From positions 27,280,001-27,344,000 of the forward strand of contig OZ024744.1 of NCBI GenBank assembly GCA_964016885.1: a stretch of 64,000 bases of DNA. Reading direction: 5' to 3'. This DNA is from Eledone cirrhosa. Taxonomy: Eukaryota. Both the position numbers and the translations under genes were made by a program. Below the pieces are notes generated by a model. That model made no database searches and was not told where the DNA came from. It saw only the letters and a list, made by a program, of their open reading frames with translations. Below, in pieces: positions 11,401 through 26,400 of the stretch. How positions within the stretch are numbered: position 1 is the first letter of the stretch; each line of letters begins with the position of its first letter.

Positions 11401-14400
11401 TTCAGTGCATGTGGTGGTAAGAAGGGAAGTAACCTTAGGGCCAGGGACACCAGAAGTCTCCACTGTTACGGCTAGGCATGTCAGTGCGTGTGGTGGTAAG
11501 GAGGGAGGTAACCTTAGGGCCAAGGACACCAGAAGTCTCCACTGTTACGGCTAGGCATGTCAGTGCATGTGGTGGAAAGAAGGGAGGTAACCTTAGGGCA
11601 AGCGACACCAGAAGTGTCCACTGCTACGGCTAGGCATCTCAGTGCATGTGGTGGTAAGAAGGGAGGTAACCTTAGGGCCAGGGACACCAGAAGTCTCCAG
11701 TGTTACGTCTAGGCATCTCAGTGCATGTGGTGGTAAGAAGGGAGGTAACCTTAGGGCCAAGGACACCAGAAGTCTCCACTGCTACGGCTAGGCATCTCAG
11801 TGCATGTGGTGGTAAGAAGGGAAGGAACCTTAGGGCCAGGGACACCAGAAGTCTCCACTGTTACGGCTAGGCATCTCAGTGCATGTGGTGGTAAGAAGGG
11901 AGGGAACCTTAGGGCCAGGGACACCAGAAGTCTCCACTGATACGGCTAGGCATCTCAGTGCATGTGGTGGTAAGAAGGGAGGGAACCTTAGGTCCAGGGA
12001 CACCAGAAGTCTCCACTGCTACGGCTAGGCATCTCAGTGCATGTGGTGGTAAGAAGGGAGGTAACCTTAGGTCCAGGGACACCAGAAGTTTCCACTGCTA
12101 CGGCTAGGCATCTCAGTTCATGTGGTGGTAAGAAGGGAGGTAACCTTAGGGCCAAGGACACCAGAAGTCTCCACTGTTACGGCTAGGCATCTCAGTGCAT
12201 GTGGTGGTAAGAAGGGAGGTAACCTTAGGGTCAAGGACACCAGAAGTCTCCACTGCTACGGCTAGGCATCTCAGTGCATGTGGTGGTAAGAAGGCAGGTA
12301 ACCTTAGGGCCAGGGAGAGCAGAAGTCTCCACTGCTACGGCTAGGCATCTCAGTGCATGTGGTGGTAAGAAGAGTGGTAACCTTAGGGCCAGGGACACCA
12401 GAAGTCTACACTGTTACGGCTAGGCATATCAGTGCATGTGGTGGTAAGAAGGGAGGTAACCTTTGAGCCAGGGACACCAGAAGACTCCACTGTTACGGCT
12501 AGGCATGTCAGTGCATGTGGTGGAAAGAAGGGAGGTAACCTTAGGGCAAGCGACACCAGAAGTGTCCACTGCTACGGCTAGGCATCTCAGTGCATGTGGT
12601 GGTAAGAAGGGAGGTAACCTTAGGGCCAAGGACACCAGAAGTCTCCACTGCTACGGCTAGGCATCTCAGTGCATGTGGTGGTAAGAAGGGAAGGAACCTT
12701 AGGGCCAGGGACACCAGAAGTCTCCACTGTTACGGCTAGGCATCTCAGTGCATGTGGTGGTAAGAAGGGAGGGAACCTTAGGGCCAGGGACACCAGAAGT
12801 CTCCACTGATACGGCTAGGCATCTCAGTGCATGTGGTGGTAAGAAGGGAGGGAACCTTAGGTCCAGGGACAACAGAAGTCTCCACTGCTACGGCTAGGCA
12901 TCTCAGTGCATGTGGTGGTAAGAAGGGAGTTAACCTTAGGGCCAAGGACACCAGAAGTCACCACTGCTACGACTAGGCATCTCAGTGCATGTGGTGGTAA
13001 GAAGGGAGGTAACCTTAGGGCCAGGGACAGCAGAAGTCTCCACTGCTACGGCTAGGCATCTCAGTGCATGTGGTGGTAAGAAGGGAGGTAACCTTAGGGC
13101 CAGGGACACCAGAAGTCTACAATGTTACGGCTAGGCATATCAGTGCATGTGGTGGTAAGAAGGGAGGTAACCTTAGGGCCACGGACACCAGAAGACTCCA
13201 CTGTTACGGCTAGGCATCTCAGTGCATGTGGTGGTAAGAAGCGAGGTAACCTTAGAGCCAGGGACACCAGAAGTCTCCACTGTTACGGCTAGGCATCTCA
13301 CTTCATGTGGTGGTAAGAAGGGAGGTAACCTTAGGGCCAAGGACACCAGAAGTCTCCACTGGTACGGCTAGGCATCTCAGTGCATGTGGTGGTAATAAGG
13401 GAGGTAACCTTAGGGCCAAGGACACCAGAAGTCACCACTGCTACGACTAGGCATCTCAGTGCATGTGGTGGTAAGAAGGGAGGTAACCTTAGGGCCAGGG
13501 ACACCAGAAGACTCCACTGTTACGGCTAGGCATCTCAGTGCATGTGGTGGTAAAGAGGGAGGTAACCTTAGGGCCAGGGACACCAGACGTCTCCACTGCT
13601 ACGGCTAGGCATCTCAGTGCATGTGGTGGTAAGAAGGGAGGTAACCATAGGGCCAGGGACACCAGAAGTTTCCACTGCTACGGCTAGGCATCTCAGTGCA
13701 TGTGGTGGTAAGAAGGGAGGTAAACTTAGGGCCAGGGACACCAGAAGTCTCCACTGTTACGGCTAGGCATGTCAGTGCATGTGGTGGTAAGAAGGGAGGT
13801 AACCTTCGGTCCAAGGACACCAGAAGTCTCCACTGTTACGGCTAGGCATCTCAGTGCATGTGGTGGTAAGAAGGGAGGTAACCTTAGGGCCAGGGACACC
13901 AGAAGACTCCACTGCTACGGCTAGGCATCTCAGTGCATGTGGTGGTAAGAAGGGAGGTAACCTTAGGGCCAAGGACACCAGAAGTCTCCACTGTTACGGC
14001 TAGGCATGTCAGTGCATGTGGTGGTAAGAAGGGAGGGAACCTTAGGACCAGGGACACCAGAAGTCTCCACTGCTACGGCTAGGCATCTCAGTGCATGTGG
14101 TGGTAAGAAGGGAGGTAACCTTAGGTTCAGTGACACCAGAAGTTTCCACTGCTACGGCTAGGCATCTCAGTTCATGTGGTGGTAAGAAGCGAGGTAACCT
14201 TAGGGCCAAGGACACCATAAGTCTCCACTGTTACGGCTAGGCATCTCAGTGCATGTGGTGGTAAGAAGGGAGGTAACCTTAGGGCCAAGGACACCAGAAG
14301 TCTCCACTGTTACGGCTAGGCATCTCAGTGCATGTGGTGGTAAGAAGGGAGGTAACCTTAGGGCCAGGGACACCAGAAGTCTCCACTGTTACGGCTAGGC

Positions 14401-17400
14401 ATCTCAGTGCATGTGGTGGTAAGGAGGGAGATAACCTTACGGCCAATGACACCAGAAGTCTCCACTGTTACGGCTAGGCATCTCAGTGCATGTGGTGGTA
14501 AGAAGGGAGGTAACCTTAGGGCCAGGGACAGCAGAAGTCTCCACTGCTACGGCTAGGCATCTCAGTGCATGTGGTGGTAAGAAGGGAGGTAACCTTAGGG
14601 CCAGGGACACCAGAAGTCTACACTGTTACGGCTAGGCATATCAGTGCATGTGGTGGTAAGAAGGGAAGTAACCTTAGGGCCAGGGACACCAGAAGATTCC
14701 ACTGTTACGGCTAGGCATCTCAGTGCATGTGGTGGTAAGAAGGGAGGTAACCTTAGGGCCAGGGACACCAGAAGTCTCCACTGTTACGGCTAGGCATCTC
14801 ACTTCATGTGGTGGTAAGAAGGGAGGTAACCTTAGGGCCAAGGACACCAGAAGTCTCCACTGCTACGGCTAGGCATCTCAGTGCATGTGGTGGTAAGAAG
14901 GGAGGTAACCTTAGGGCCAAGGACACCAGAAGTCACCACTGCTACGACTAGGCATCTCAGTGCATGTGGTGGTAAGAAGGGAGGTAAACTTAGGGCCAGG
15001 GACACCAGAAGACTCCACTGTTACGGCTAGGCATCTCAGTGCATGTGGTGGTAAAGAGGGAGGTAACCTTAGGGCCAGGGACACCAGACGTCTCCACTGC
15101 TACGGCTAGGCATCTCAGTGCATGTGGTGGTAAGAAGGGAGGTAACCTTAGGGCCAGGGACACCAGTAGTTTCCACTGCTACGGCTAGGCATCTCAGTGC
15201 ATATGGTGGTAAGAAGGGAGGTAAAATAGGGCCAGGGACACCAGAAGTCTCCACTGTTACGGCTAGGCATCTCAGTGCATGTGGTGGTAAGAAGGGAGGT
15301 AACCTTAGGGCCAGGGACAGCAGAAGTGTCCACTGCTACGGCTAGGCATCTCAGTGCATGTGGTGGTAAGAAGGGAGGTATCCTTAGGGCCAAGGACACC
15401 AGAAGTCTCCACTGCTACGGCTAGGCATCTCAGTGCATGTGGTGGTAAGAAGGGAAGGAACCTTAGGGCCAGGGACACCAGAAGTCTCCACTGTTACGGC
15501 TAGGCATCTCAGTGCATGTGGTGGTAAGAAGGGAGGGAACCTTAGGGCCAGGGACACCAGAAGTCTCCACTGATACGGCTAGGCATCTCAGTGCATGTGG
15601 TGGTAAGAAGGGAGGGAACCTTAGGTCCAGGGACACCAGAAGTCTCCACTGCTACGGCTAGGCATCTCAGTGCATGTGGTGGTAAGAAGGGAGTTAACCT
15701 TAGGGCCAAGGACACCAGAAGTCACCACTGCTACGACTAGGCATCTCAGTGCATGTGGTGGTAAGAAGGGAGGTAACCTTAGGGCCAGGGACAGCAGAAG
15801 TCTCCACTGCTACGGCTAGGCATCTCAGTGCATGTGGTGGTAAGAAGGGAGGTAACCTTAGGGCCAGGGACACCAGAAGTCTACAATGTTACGGCTAGGC
15901 ATATCAGTGCATGTGGTGGTAAGAAGGGAGGTAACCTTAGGGCCACGGACACCAGAAGACTCCACTGTTACGGCTAGGCATCTCAGTGCATGTGGTGGTA
16001 AGAAGCGAGGTAACCTTAGAGCCAGGGACACCAGAAGTCTCCACTGTTACGGCTAGGCATCTCACTTCATGTGGTGGTAAGAAGGGAGGTAACCTTAGGG
16101 CCAAGGACACCAGAAGTCTCCACTGGTACGGCTAGGCATCTCAGTGCATGTGGTGGTAATAAGGGAGGTAACCTTAGGGCCAAGGACACCAGAAGTCACC
16201 ACTGCTACGACTAGGCATCTCAGTGCATGTGGTGGTAAGAAGGGAGGTAACCTTAGGGCCAGGGACACCAGAAGACTCCACTGTTACGGCTAGGCATCTC
16301 AGTGCATGTGGTGGTAAAGAGGGAGGTAACCTTAGGGCCAGGGACACCAGACGTCTCCACTGCTACGGCTAGGCATCTCAGTGCATGTGGTGGTAAGAAG
16401 GGAGGTAACCATAGGGCCAGGGACACCAGAAGTTTCCACTGCTACGGCTAGGCATCTCAGTGCATGTGGTGGTAAGAAGGGAGGTAAACTTAGGGCCAGG
16501 GACACCAGAAGTCTCCACTGTTACGGCTAGGCATGTCAGTGCATGTGGTGGTAAGAAGGGAGGTAACCTTCGGTCCAAGGACACCAGAAGTCTCCACTGT
16601 TACGGCTAGGCATCTCAGTGCATGTGGTGGTAAGAAGGGAGGTAACCTTAGGGCCAGGGACACCAGAAGACTCCACTGCTACGGCTAGGCATCTCAGTGC
16701 ATGTGGTGGTAAGAAGGGAGGTAACCTTAGGGCCAAGGACACCAGAAGTCTCCACTGTTACGGCTAGGCATGTCAGTGCATGTGGTGGTAAGAAGGGAGG
16801 GAACCTTAGGACCAGGGACACCAGAAGTCTCCACTGCTACGGCTAGGCATCTCAGTGCATGTGGTGGTAAGAAGGGAGGTAACCTTAGGTTCAGTGACAC
16901 CAGAAGTTTCCACTGCTACGGCTAGGCATCTCAGTTCATGTGGTGGTAAGAAGCGAGGTAACCTTAGGGCCAAGGACACCATAAGTCTCCACTGTTACGG
17001 CTAGGCATCTCAGTGCATGTGGTGGTAAGAAGGGAGGTAACCTTAGGGCCAAGGACACCAGAAGTGTCCACTGTTACGGCTAGGCATCTCAGTGCATGTG
17101 GTGGTAAGAAGGGAGGTAACCTTAGGGCCAGGGACACCAGAAGTCTCCACTGTTACGGCTAGGCATCTCAGTGCATGTGGTGGTAAGGAGGGAGATAACC
17201 TTACGGCCAATGACACCAGAAGTCTCCACTGTTACGGCTAGGCATCTCAGTGCATGTGGTGGTAAGAAGGGAGGTAACCTTAGGGCCAGGGACAGCAGAA
17301 GTCTCCACTGCTACGGCTAGGCATCTCAGTGCATGTGGTGGTAAGAAGGGAGGTAACCTTAGGGCCAGGGACACCAGAAGTCTACACTGTTACGGCTAGG

Positions 17401-20400
17401 CATATCAGTGCATGTGGTGGTAAGAAGGGAAGTAACCTTAGGGCCAGGGACACCAGAAGATTCCACTGTTACGGCTAGGCATCTCAGTGCATGTGGTGGT
17501 AAGAAGGGAGGTAACCTTAGGGCCAGGGACACCAGAAGTCTCCACTGTTACGGCTAGGCATCTCACTTCATGTGGTGGTAAGAAGGGAGGTAACCTTAGG
17601 GCCAAGGACACCAGAAGTCTCCACTGCTACGGCTAGGCATCTCAGTGCATGTGGTGGTAAGAAGGGAGGTAACCTTAGGGCCAAGGACACCAGAAGTCAC
17701 CACTGCTACGACTAGGCATCTCAGTGCATGTGGTGGTAAGAAGGGAGGTAAACTTAGGGCCAGGGACACCAGAAGACTCCACTGTTACGGCTAGGCATCT
17801 CAGTGCATGTGGTGGTAAAGAGGGAGGTAACCTTAGGGCCAGGGACACCAGACGTCTCCACTGCTACGGCTAGGCATCTCAGTGCATGTGGTGGTAAGAA
17901 GGGAGGTAACCTTAGGGCCAGGGACACCAGTAGTTTCCACTGCTACGGCTAGGCATCTCAGTGCATATGGTGGTAAGAAGGGAGGTAAAATAGGGCCAGG
18001 GACACCAGAAGTCTCCACTGTTACGGCTAGGCATGTCAGTGCATGTGGTGGTAAGAAGGGAGGTAACCTTAGGTCCAAGGACACCAGAAGTCTCCACTGT
18101 TACGGCTAGGCATCTCAGTGTATGTGGTGGTAAGAAGGGAGGTAACCTTAGGGCCAAGGACACCAGAAGACTCCACTGCTACGGCTAGGCATCTCAGTGC
18201 ATGTGGTGGTAAGAAGGGAGGTAACCTTAGGGCCAAGAACACCAGAAGTCTCCACTGTTACGGCTAGGCATGTCAGTGCATGTGGTGGTAAGAAGGGAGG
18301 GAACCTTAGGTCCAGGGACACCAGAAGTCTCCACTGCTACGGCTAGGCATCTCAGTGCATGTGGTGGTAAGAAGGGAGGTAACCTTAGGTCCAGGGACAC
18401 CAGAAGTTTCCACTGCTACGGCTAGGCATCTCAGTTCATGTGGTGGTAAGAAGGGAGGTAACCTTAGGGCCAAGGACACCAGAATTCTCCACTGTTACGG
18501 CTAGGCATCTCAGTGCATGTGGTGGTAAAAAGGGAGGTAACCTTAGGGCCAAGGACACCAGAAGTCTCCACTGTTACGGCTAAGCATCTCAGTGCATGTG
18601 GTGGTAAGAAGGGAGGTAACCTTAGGGCCAGGGACACCAGAAGTCTCCACTGCTACGGCTAGGCATGTCAGTGCATGTGGTGGTAAGAAGGAAGTAACCT
18701 TAGGGCCAGGGACACCAGAAGTCTCCACTGTTACGGCTAGGCATCTCAGTGCATGTGGTGGTAAGGAGGGAGGTAACCTTAGGGCCAGGCACACCAGAAG
18801 TCTCCACTGTTACGGCTAGGCATTTCAGTGCATGTGGTGGTAAGAAGGGAAGTAACCTTAGGGCCAGGGACACCAGAAGTCTCCACTGTTACGGCTAGGC
18901 ATCTCAGTGCATGTGGTGGTAAGAAGGGAGGTAACCTTAGGGCCAAGGACACCAGAAGTCTCCACTGTTACGGCTAGGCATCTCAGTGCATGTGGTGGTA
19001 AGAAGGGAGGTAACCTTAGGGCCAGGGACACCAGAAGACTCCACTGCTACGGCTAGGCATCTCAGTGCATGTGGTGGTAAGAAGGGAGGTAACCTTAGGG
19101 CCAAGGACACCAGAAGTCTCCACTGTTACGGCTAGGCATGTCAGTGCATGTGGTGGTAAGAAGGGAGGGAACCTTAGGGCCAGGGACACCAGAAGTCTCC
19201 ACTGTTACGGCTAGGCATCTCAGTGCATGTGGTGGTAAGGAGGGAGGTAACCTTAGGGCCAGGCACACCAGAAGTCTCCACTGTTACGGCTAGGCATCTC
19301 AGTGCATGTGGTGGTAAGAAGGGAGGTAACCTTAGGGCCAAGGACACCAGAAGCCTCCACTGTTACGGCTAGGCATTTCAGTGCATGTGGTGGTAAGAAG
19401 GGAAGTAACCTTAGGGCCAGGGACACCAGAAGTCTCCACTGTTACGGCTAGGCATGTCAGTGCGTGTGGTGGTAAGGAGGGAGGTAACCTTAGGGCCAAG
19501 GACACCAGAAGTCTCCACTGTTACGGCTAGGCATGTCAGTGCATGTGGTGGAAAGAAGGGAGGTAACCTTAGGGCAAGCGACACCAGAAGTGTCCACTGC
19601 TACGGCTAGGCATCTCAGTGCATGTGGTGGTAAGAAGGGAGGTAACCTTAGGGCCAGGGACACCAGAAGTCTCCAGTGTTACGTCTAGGCATCTCAGTGC
19701 ATGTGGTGGTAAGAAGGGAGGTAACCTTAGGGCCAAGGACACCAGAAGTCTCCACTGCTACGGCTAGGCATCTCAGTGCATGTGGTGGTAAGAAGGGAAG
19801 GAACCTTAGGGCCAGGGACACCAGAAGTCTCCACTGTTACGGCTAGGCATCTCAGTGCATGTGGTGGTAAGAAGGGAGGGAACCTTAGGGCCAGGGACAC
19901 CAGAAGTCTCCACTGATACGGCTAGGCATCTCAGTGCATGTGGTGGTAAGAAGGGAGGGAACCTTAGGTCCAGGGACACCAGAAGTCTCCACTGCTACGG
20001 CTAGGCATCTCAGTGCATGTGGTGGTAAGAAGGGAGGTAACCTTAGGTCCAGGGACACCAGAAGTTTCCACTGCTACGGCTAGGCATCTCAGTTCATGTG
20101 GTGGTAAGAAGGGAGGTAACCTTAGGGCCAAGGACACCAGAAGTCTCCACTGTTACGGCTAGGCATCTCAGTGCATGTGGTGGTAAGAAGGGAGGTAACC
20201 TTAGGGTCAAGGACACCAGAAGTCTCCACTGCTACGGCTAGGCATCTCAGTGCATGTGGTGGTAAGAAGGCAGGTAACCTTAGGGCCAGGGAGAGCAGAA
20301 GTCTCCACTGCTACGGCTAGGCATCTCAGTGCATGTGGTGGTAAGAAGGGTGGTAACCTTAGGGCCAGGGACACCAGAAGTCTACACTGTTACGGCTAGG

Positions 20401-20490
20401 CATATCAGTGCATGTGGTGGTAAGAAGGGAGGTAACCTTTGAGCCAGGGACACCAGAAGACTCCACTGTTACGGCTAGGCATCTCAGTGC
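8421..20490 (+). repeat. Duplicated block: ~8420-12505 recurs at ~15925-20490 (offset 7,503, then 7,976 after a six-monomer indel)
   Basis: ORF pairs 8875/16378, 10330/17833 and 10409/17912 are 7,503 apart (95x79 - 2). GGTGGAAAG lies at 11571/19547, 7,976 apart (101x79 - 3). Confidence 0.85.
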
Positions 20491-23400
20491 ATGTGGTGGT
20501 AAGAAGGGAGGTAACCTTAGGGCCAGGGACACCAGAAGTCTCCACTGTTACGGCTATGCATCTCAGTGCATGTGGTGGTAAGGAGGGAGATAACCTTAGG
20601 GCCAAGGACACCAGAAGTCTCCACTGTTACGGCTAGGCATCTCAGTGCATGTGGTGGTAAGAAGGGAGGTAACCTTAGGGCCAGGGACACCAGAAGTCTC
20701 CACTGCTACGGCTAGGCATCTCAGTGCATGTGGTGGTAAGACGGGAGGTAACCTTAGGTCCAGGGACACCAGAAGTCTCCACTGCTACGGCTAGGCATCT
20801 CAGTGCATGTGGTGGTAAGAAGGGAGGTAACCTTAGGGCCAGGGACACCAGAAGACTCCACTGTTACGGCTAGGCATCTCAGTGCATGTGGTGGTAAAGA
20901 GGGAGGTAACCTTAGGGCCAGGGACACCAGACGTCTCCACTGCTACGGCTAGGCATCTCAGTTCATATGGTGGTAAGAAGGGAGGTAACCTTAGGGCCAA
21001 GGACACCAGAAGTCTCCACTGTTACGGCTAGGCATCTCAGTGCATGTGGTGGTTAGAAGGGAGGTAACCTTAGGGCCAAGGACACCAGAAGTCTCCACTG
21101 CTACGGCTAGGCATCTCAGTGCATGTGGTGGTAAGAAGGGAGGTAACCTTAGGGCCAGGGACACCAGAAGACTCCACTGCTACGGCTAGGCATCTCAGTG
21201 CATGTGGTGGTAAGAAGGGAGGTAACCTTAGGGCCAGGGACACCAGAAGTCTACACTGTTACGGCTAGGCATATCAGTGTATGTGGTGGTAAGAAGGGAG
21301 GTAACCTTTGAGCCAGGGACACCAGAAGACTCCACTGTTACGGCTAGGCATCTCAGTATATGTGGTGGTAAGAAGGGAGGTAACCTTAGGGCCAGGGACA
21401 CCAGAAGTCTCCACTGTTACGGCTAGGCATCTCACTTCATGTGGTGGTAAGAAGGGAGGTAACCTTAGGGCCAAGGACACCAGAAGTATCCACTGCTACG
21501 GCTAGGCATCTCAGAGCATGTGGTGGTAAGAAGGGAGGTAACCTTAGGGCCAAGGACACCAGAAGACTTCACTGTTACGGCTAGGCATCTCAGTGCATGT
21601 GGTGGTAAAGAGGGAGGTAACCTTAGTGCCAGGGACACCAGACGTCTCCACTGCTACGGCTAAGCATCTCAGTGCATGTGGTGGTAAGAAGGGAGGTAAC
21701 CTTAGGGCCAGGGACACCAGAAGTCCCCACTGCTACGGCTAGGCATCTCAGTGCATGTGGTGGTAAGAAGGGAGGTAACATTAGGGCCAGGGACACCAGA
21801 AGTCTCCACTGCTACGGCTAGGCATCTCAGTGCATGTGGTGGTAAGAAGGGAGGTAACCTTAGGTCCAGGGACACCAGAAGTCTCGACTGCTACAGCTAG
21901 GCATCTCAGTTCATATGGTGGTAAGAAGGGAGGTAACCTTAGTGTCAAGGACACCAGAAGTCTCCACTGTTACGGCTAGGCATCTCACTTCATGTGGTGG
22001 TAAGAAGGGAGGTAACCTTAGGGCCAAGGACACCAGAAGTATCCACTGCTACGGCTAGGCATCTCAGTGCATGTGGTGGTAAGAAGGGAGGTAATCTTAG
22101 GGCCAAGGACACCAGAAGTCTCCACTGCTACGGCTAGGCATCTCAGTGCATGTGGTGGTAAGAAGGGAGGTAACCTTAGGGCCAGGGACACCAGAAGACT
22201 CCACTGTTACGGCTAGGCATCTCAGTGCATGTGGTGGTAAAGAGGGAGGTAACCTTAGGGCCAGGGACACCAGACGTCTCCACTGCTACGGCTAGGCATC
22301 TCAGTGCATGTGGTGGTAAGAAGGGAGGTAACCTTAGGGCCAGGGACACCAGAAGTCTCCACTGCTACGGCTAGGCATCTCAGTGCATGTGGTGGTAAGA
22401 AGGGAGGTAAACTTAGGGCCAGGGACACCAGAAGTCTCCACTGTTACGGCTAGGCATGTCAGTGCATGTGGTGGTAAGAAGGGAGGTAACCTTAGGTCCA
22501 AGGACCCCAGAAGTCTCCACTGTTACGGCTAGGCATCTCAGTGCATGTGGTGGTAAGAAGGGAGGTAACCTTAGGGCCAGGGACACCAGAAGTCTCCACT
22601 GTTACGGCTAGGCATCTCAGTGCATGTGGTGGTAAGGAGGGAGATAACCTTAGGGCCAAGGACACCAGAAGTCTCCACTGTTACGGCTAGGCATCTCAGT
22701 GCATGTGGTGGTAAGAAGGGAGGTAACATTAGGGCCAGGGACACCAGAAGTCTCCACTGCTACGGCTAGGCATCTCAGTGCATGTGGTGGTAAGAAGGAA
22801 GTAACCTTAGGGCCAGGGACACCAGAAGTCTCCACTGCTACGACTAGGCATCTCAGTGCATGTGGTGGTAAGAAGGGAGGTAACCTTAGGTCCAGGGACA
22901 CCAGAAGTCTCCACTGCTACGGCTAGGCATCTCAGTTCATAAGGTGGTAAGAAGGGAGGTAAACTTAGGGCCAGGGACACCAGAAGTCTCCACTGTTACG
23001 GCTAGGCATGTCAGTGCATGTGGTGGTAAGAAGGGAGGTAACCTTAGGTCCAAAGACAACAGAAGTCTCCACTGTTACGGCTAGGCATCTCATGCATGTG
23101 GTGGTAAGAAGGGAGGTAACCTTAGGGCCAGGGACACCAGAAGACTCCACTGCTACGGCTAGGCATCTCAGTGCATGTTGTGGTAAGAAGGGAGGTAACC
23201 TTAGGTCCAAGGACACCAGAAGTCTCCACTGTTACGGCTAGGCATGTCAGTGCATGTGGTGGTAAGAAGGGAGGGAACCTTAGGTCCAGGGACACCAGAA
23301 GTCTCCACTGCTACGGCTAGGCATCTCAGTGTATGTGGTGGTAAGAAGGGAGGTAACCTTAGGTCCAGGGACACCAGAAGTTTCCACTGCTACGGCTAGG

Positions 23401-26400
23401 CATCTCAGTTCATGTGGTGGTAAGGAGGGAGGTAACCTTAGGGCCAAGTACACCAGAAGTCTCCACTGTTACGGCTAGGCATCTCAGTGCATGTGGTGGT
23501 AAGAAGGCAGGTAACCTTAGGGCCAGGGACACCAGAAGTCTCCACTGTTACGGCTAGGCATCTCACTTCATGTGGTGGTAAGAAGGGAGGTAACCTTAGG
23601 GCCAAGGACACCAGAAGTCTCCACTGTTACGGCTAGGCATCTCATTGCATGTGGTGGTAAGAAGGGAGGTAACCTTAGGGCCAGGGACACCAGAAGACTC
23701 CACTGCTACGGCTAGGCATCTCAGTGCATGTGGTGGTAGGAAGGGAGGTAACCTTAGGGCCAAGGACACCAGAAGTCTCCACTGTTACGGCTAGGCATGT
23801 CAGTGCATGTGGTGGTAAGAAGGGAGGGAACCTTAGGGCCAGGGACACCAGAAGTCTCCACTGCTACGGCTAGGCATCTCAGTGCATGTGGTGGTAAGAA
23901 GGGAGGTAACCTTAGGGCCAGGGACACCAGAAGACTCCACCGCTACGGCTAGGCATCTCAGTGCATGTGGTGGTAAGAAGGGAGGTAACCTTAGGGCCTA
24001 GGACACCAGAAGTCTCCACTGTCACGGCTAGGCATGTCAGTGCATGTGGTGGTAAGAAGGGAGGGAACCTTAGGTCCAGGGACACCAGAAGTCTCCACTG
24101 CTACGGCTAGGCATCTCAGTGCATGTGGTGGTAAGAAGGGAGGTAACCTTAGGTCCAAGGACACCAGAAGTTTCCACTGCTACTGCTAGGCATCTCAGTT
24201 CATGTGGTGGTAAGAAGGGAGGTAACCTTAGGGCCATGGACACCAGAAGTCTCCACTGTTACGGCTAGGCATCTCAGTGCATGTGGTGGTAAGAAGGGAG
24301 GTAACCTTAGGGTCAAGGACACCAGAAGTCTCCACTGTTACGGCTAGGCATCTCACTTCATGTGGTGGTAAGAAGGGAGGTAACCTTAGGGCCAAGGACA
24401 CCAGAAGCATCCACTGCTACGGCTAGGCATCTCAGTGCATGTGGTGGTAAAAAGGGAGGTAACCTTAGGGCCAAGGACACCAGAAGTCTCCACTGCTACG
24501 GCTAGACATCTCAGTGCATGTGGTGGTAAGAAGGGAGGTAACCTTAGGGCCAGGGACACCAGAAGACTCCACTGTTACGGCTAGGCATCTCAGTGCATGT
24601 GGTGGTAAAGAGGGAGGTAACCTTAGGGCCAGGGACACCAGACGTCTCCACTGCTACGGCTAGGCATCTCAGTGCATGTGGTGGTAAGAAGGGAGGTAAC
24701 CTTAGGGCCAGGGACACCAAAAGTCTCCACTGCTACGGCTAGGCATCTCAGTGCATGTGGTGGTAAGAAGGGAGGTAAACTTAGGGCCAGGGACACCAGA
24801 AGTCTCCACTGTTACGGCTAGGCATGTCAGTGCATGTGGTGGTAAGAAGGGAGGTAACCTTAGGTCCAAGGACCCCAGAAGTCTCCACTGTTACGGCTAG
24901 GCATCTCAGTGCATGTGGTGGTAAGAAGGGAGGTAACCTTAGGGCCAGGGACACCAGAAGACTCCACTGCTACGGCTAGGCATCTCAGTGCATGTGGTGG
25001 TAAGAAGGGAGGTAACCTTAGGGCCAGGGACACCAGAAGTCTCCACTGTTACGGCTAGGCATCTCAGTGCATGTGGTGGTAAGGAGGGAGATAACCTTAG
25101 GGCCAAGGACACCAGAAGTCTCCACTGTTACGGCTAGGCATCTCAGTGCATGTGGTGGTAAGAAGGGAGGTAACATTAGAGCCAGGGACACCAGAAGTAT
25201 CCACTGCTACGGCTAGGCATCTCAGTGCATGTGGTGGTAAGAAGTAAGTAACCTTAGGGCCAGGGACACCAGAAGTCTCCACTGCTACGGCTAGGCATCT
25301 CAGTGCATTTGGTGGTAAGAAGGGAGGTAACCTTAGGTCCAGGGACACCAGAAGTCTCCACTGCTACGGCTAGGCATCTCAGTTCATATGGTGGTAAGAA
25401 GGGAGGTAAATTTAGGACCAGGGACACCAGAAGTCTCCACTGTTACGGCTAGGCATGTCAGTGCATGTGGTGGTAAGAAGGGAGGTAACCTTAGGGCCAA
25501 GGACACCAGAAGTCTCCACTGTTACGGCTAGGCATCTCAGTGCATGTGGTGGTAAGAAGGGAGGTAACCTTAGGGTCAAGGACACCAGAAGTCTCCACTG
25601 CTACGGCTAGGCATCTCAGTGCATGTGGTGGTAAGAAGGCAGGTAACCTTAGGGCCAGGGACAGCAGAAGTCTCCACTGCTGCAGCTAGGCATCTCAGTG
25701 CATGTGGTGGTAAGAAGGGAGGTAATCTTAGGGCCAGGGACACCAGAAGTCTACACTGTTACGGCTAGGCATATCAGTGCATGTGGTGGTAAGGAGGGAG
25801 GTAACCTTAAAGCCAGGGACACCAGAAGACTCCACTGTTACGGCTAGGCATCTCAGTGCATGTGGTGGTAAGAAGGGAGGTAACCTTAGGGCCAGGGACA
25901 CCAGAAGTCTCCACTGTTACGGCTAGGCATCTCACTTCATGTGGTGGTAAGAAGGGAGGTAACCTTAGGGCCAAGGACACCAGAAGTCTCCACTGTTACG
26001 GTTAGGCATCTCAGTGCATGTGGTGGTAAGAAGGGAGGTAAACTTAGTGCCAGGCACACCAGAAGACTCCACTGCTACGGCTAGGCATCTCAGTGCATGT
26101 GGTGGTAGGAAGGGAGGTAACCTTAGGGCCAAGGACACCAGAAGTCTCCACTGTTACGGCTAGGCATGACAGTGCATGTGGTGGTAAGAAGGGAGGGAAC
26201 CTTAGGGCCAGGGACACCAGAAGTCTCCACTGTTACGGCTAGGCATCTCAGTGCATGTGGTGGTAAGAAGGGAGGTAACCTTAGGGCCAGGGACACCAGA
26301 AGTGTCCACTGCTACGGCTAGGCATCTCAGTGCATGTGGTGGTAAGAAGGGAGGTAACCTTAGGGCCAGGGACACCAGAAGTCTCCAGTGATACGGCTAG

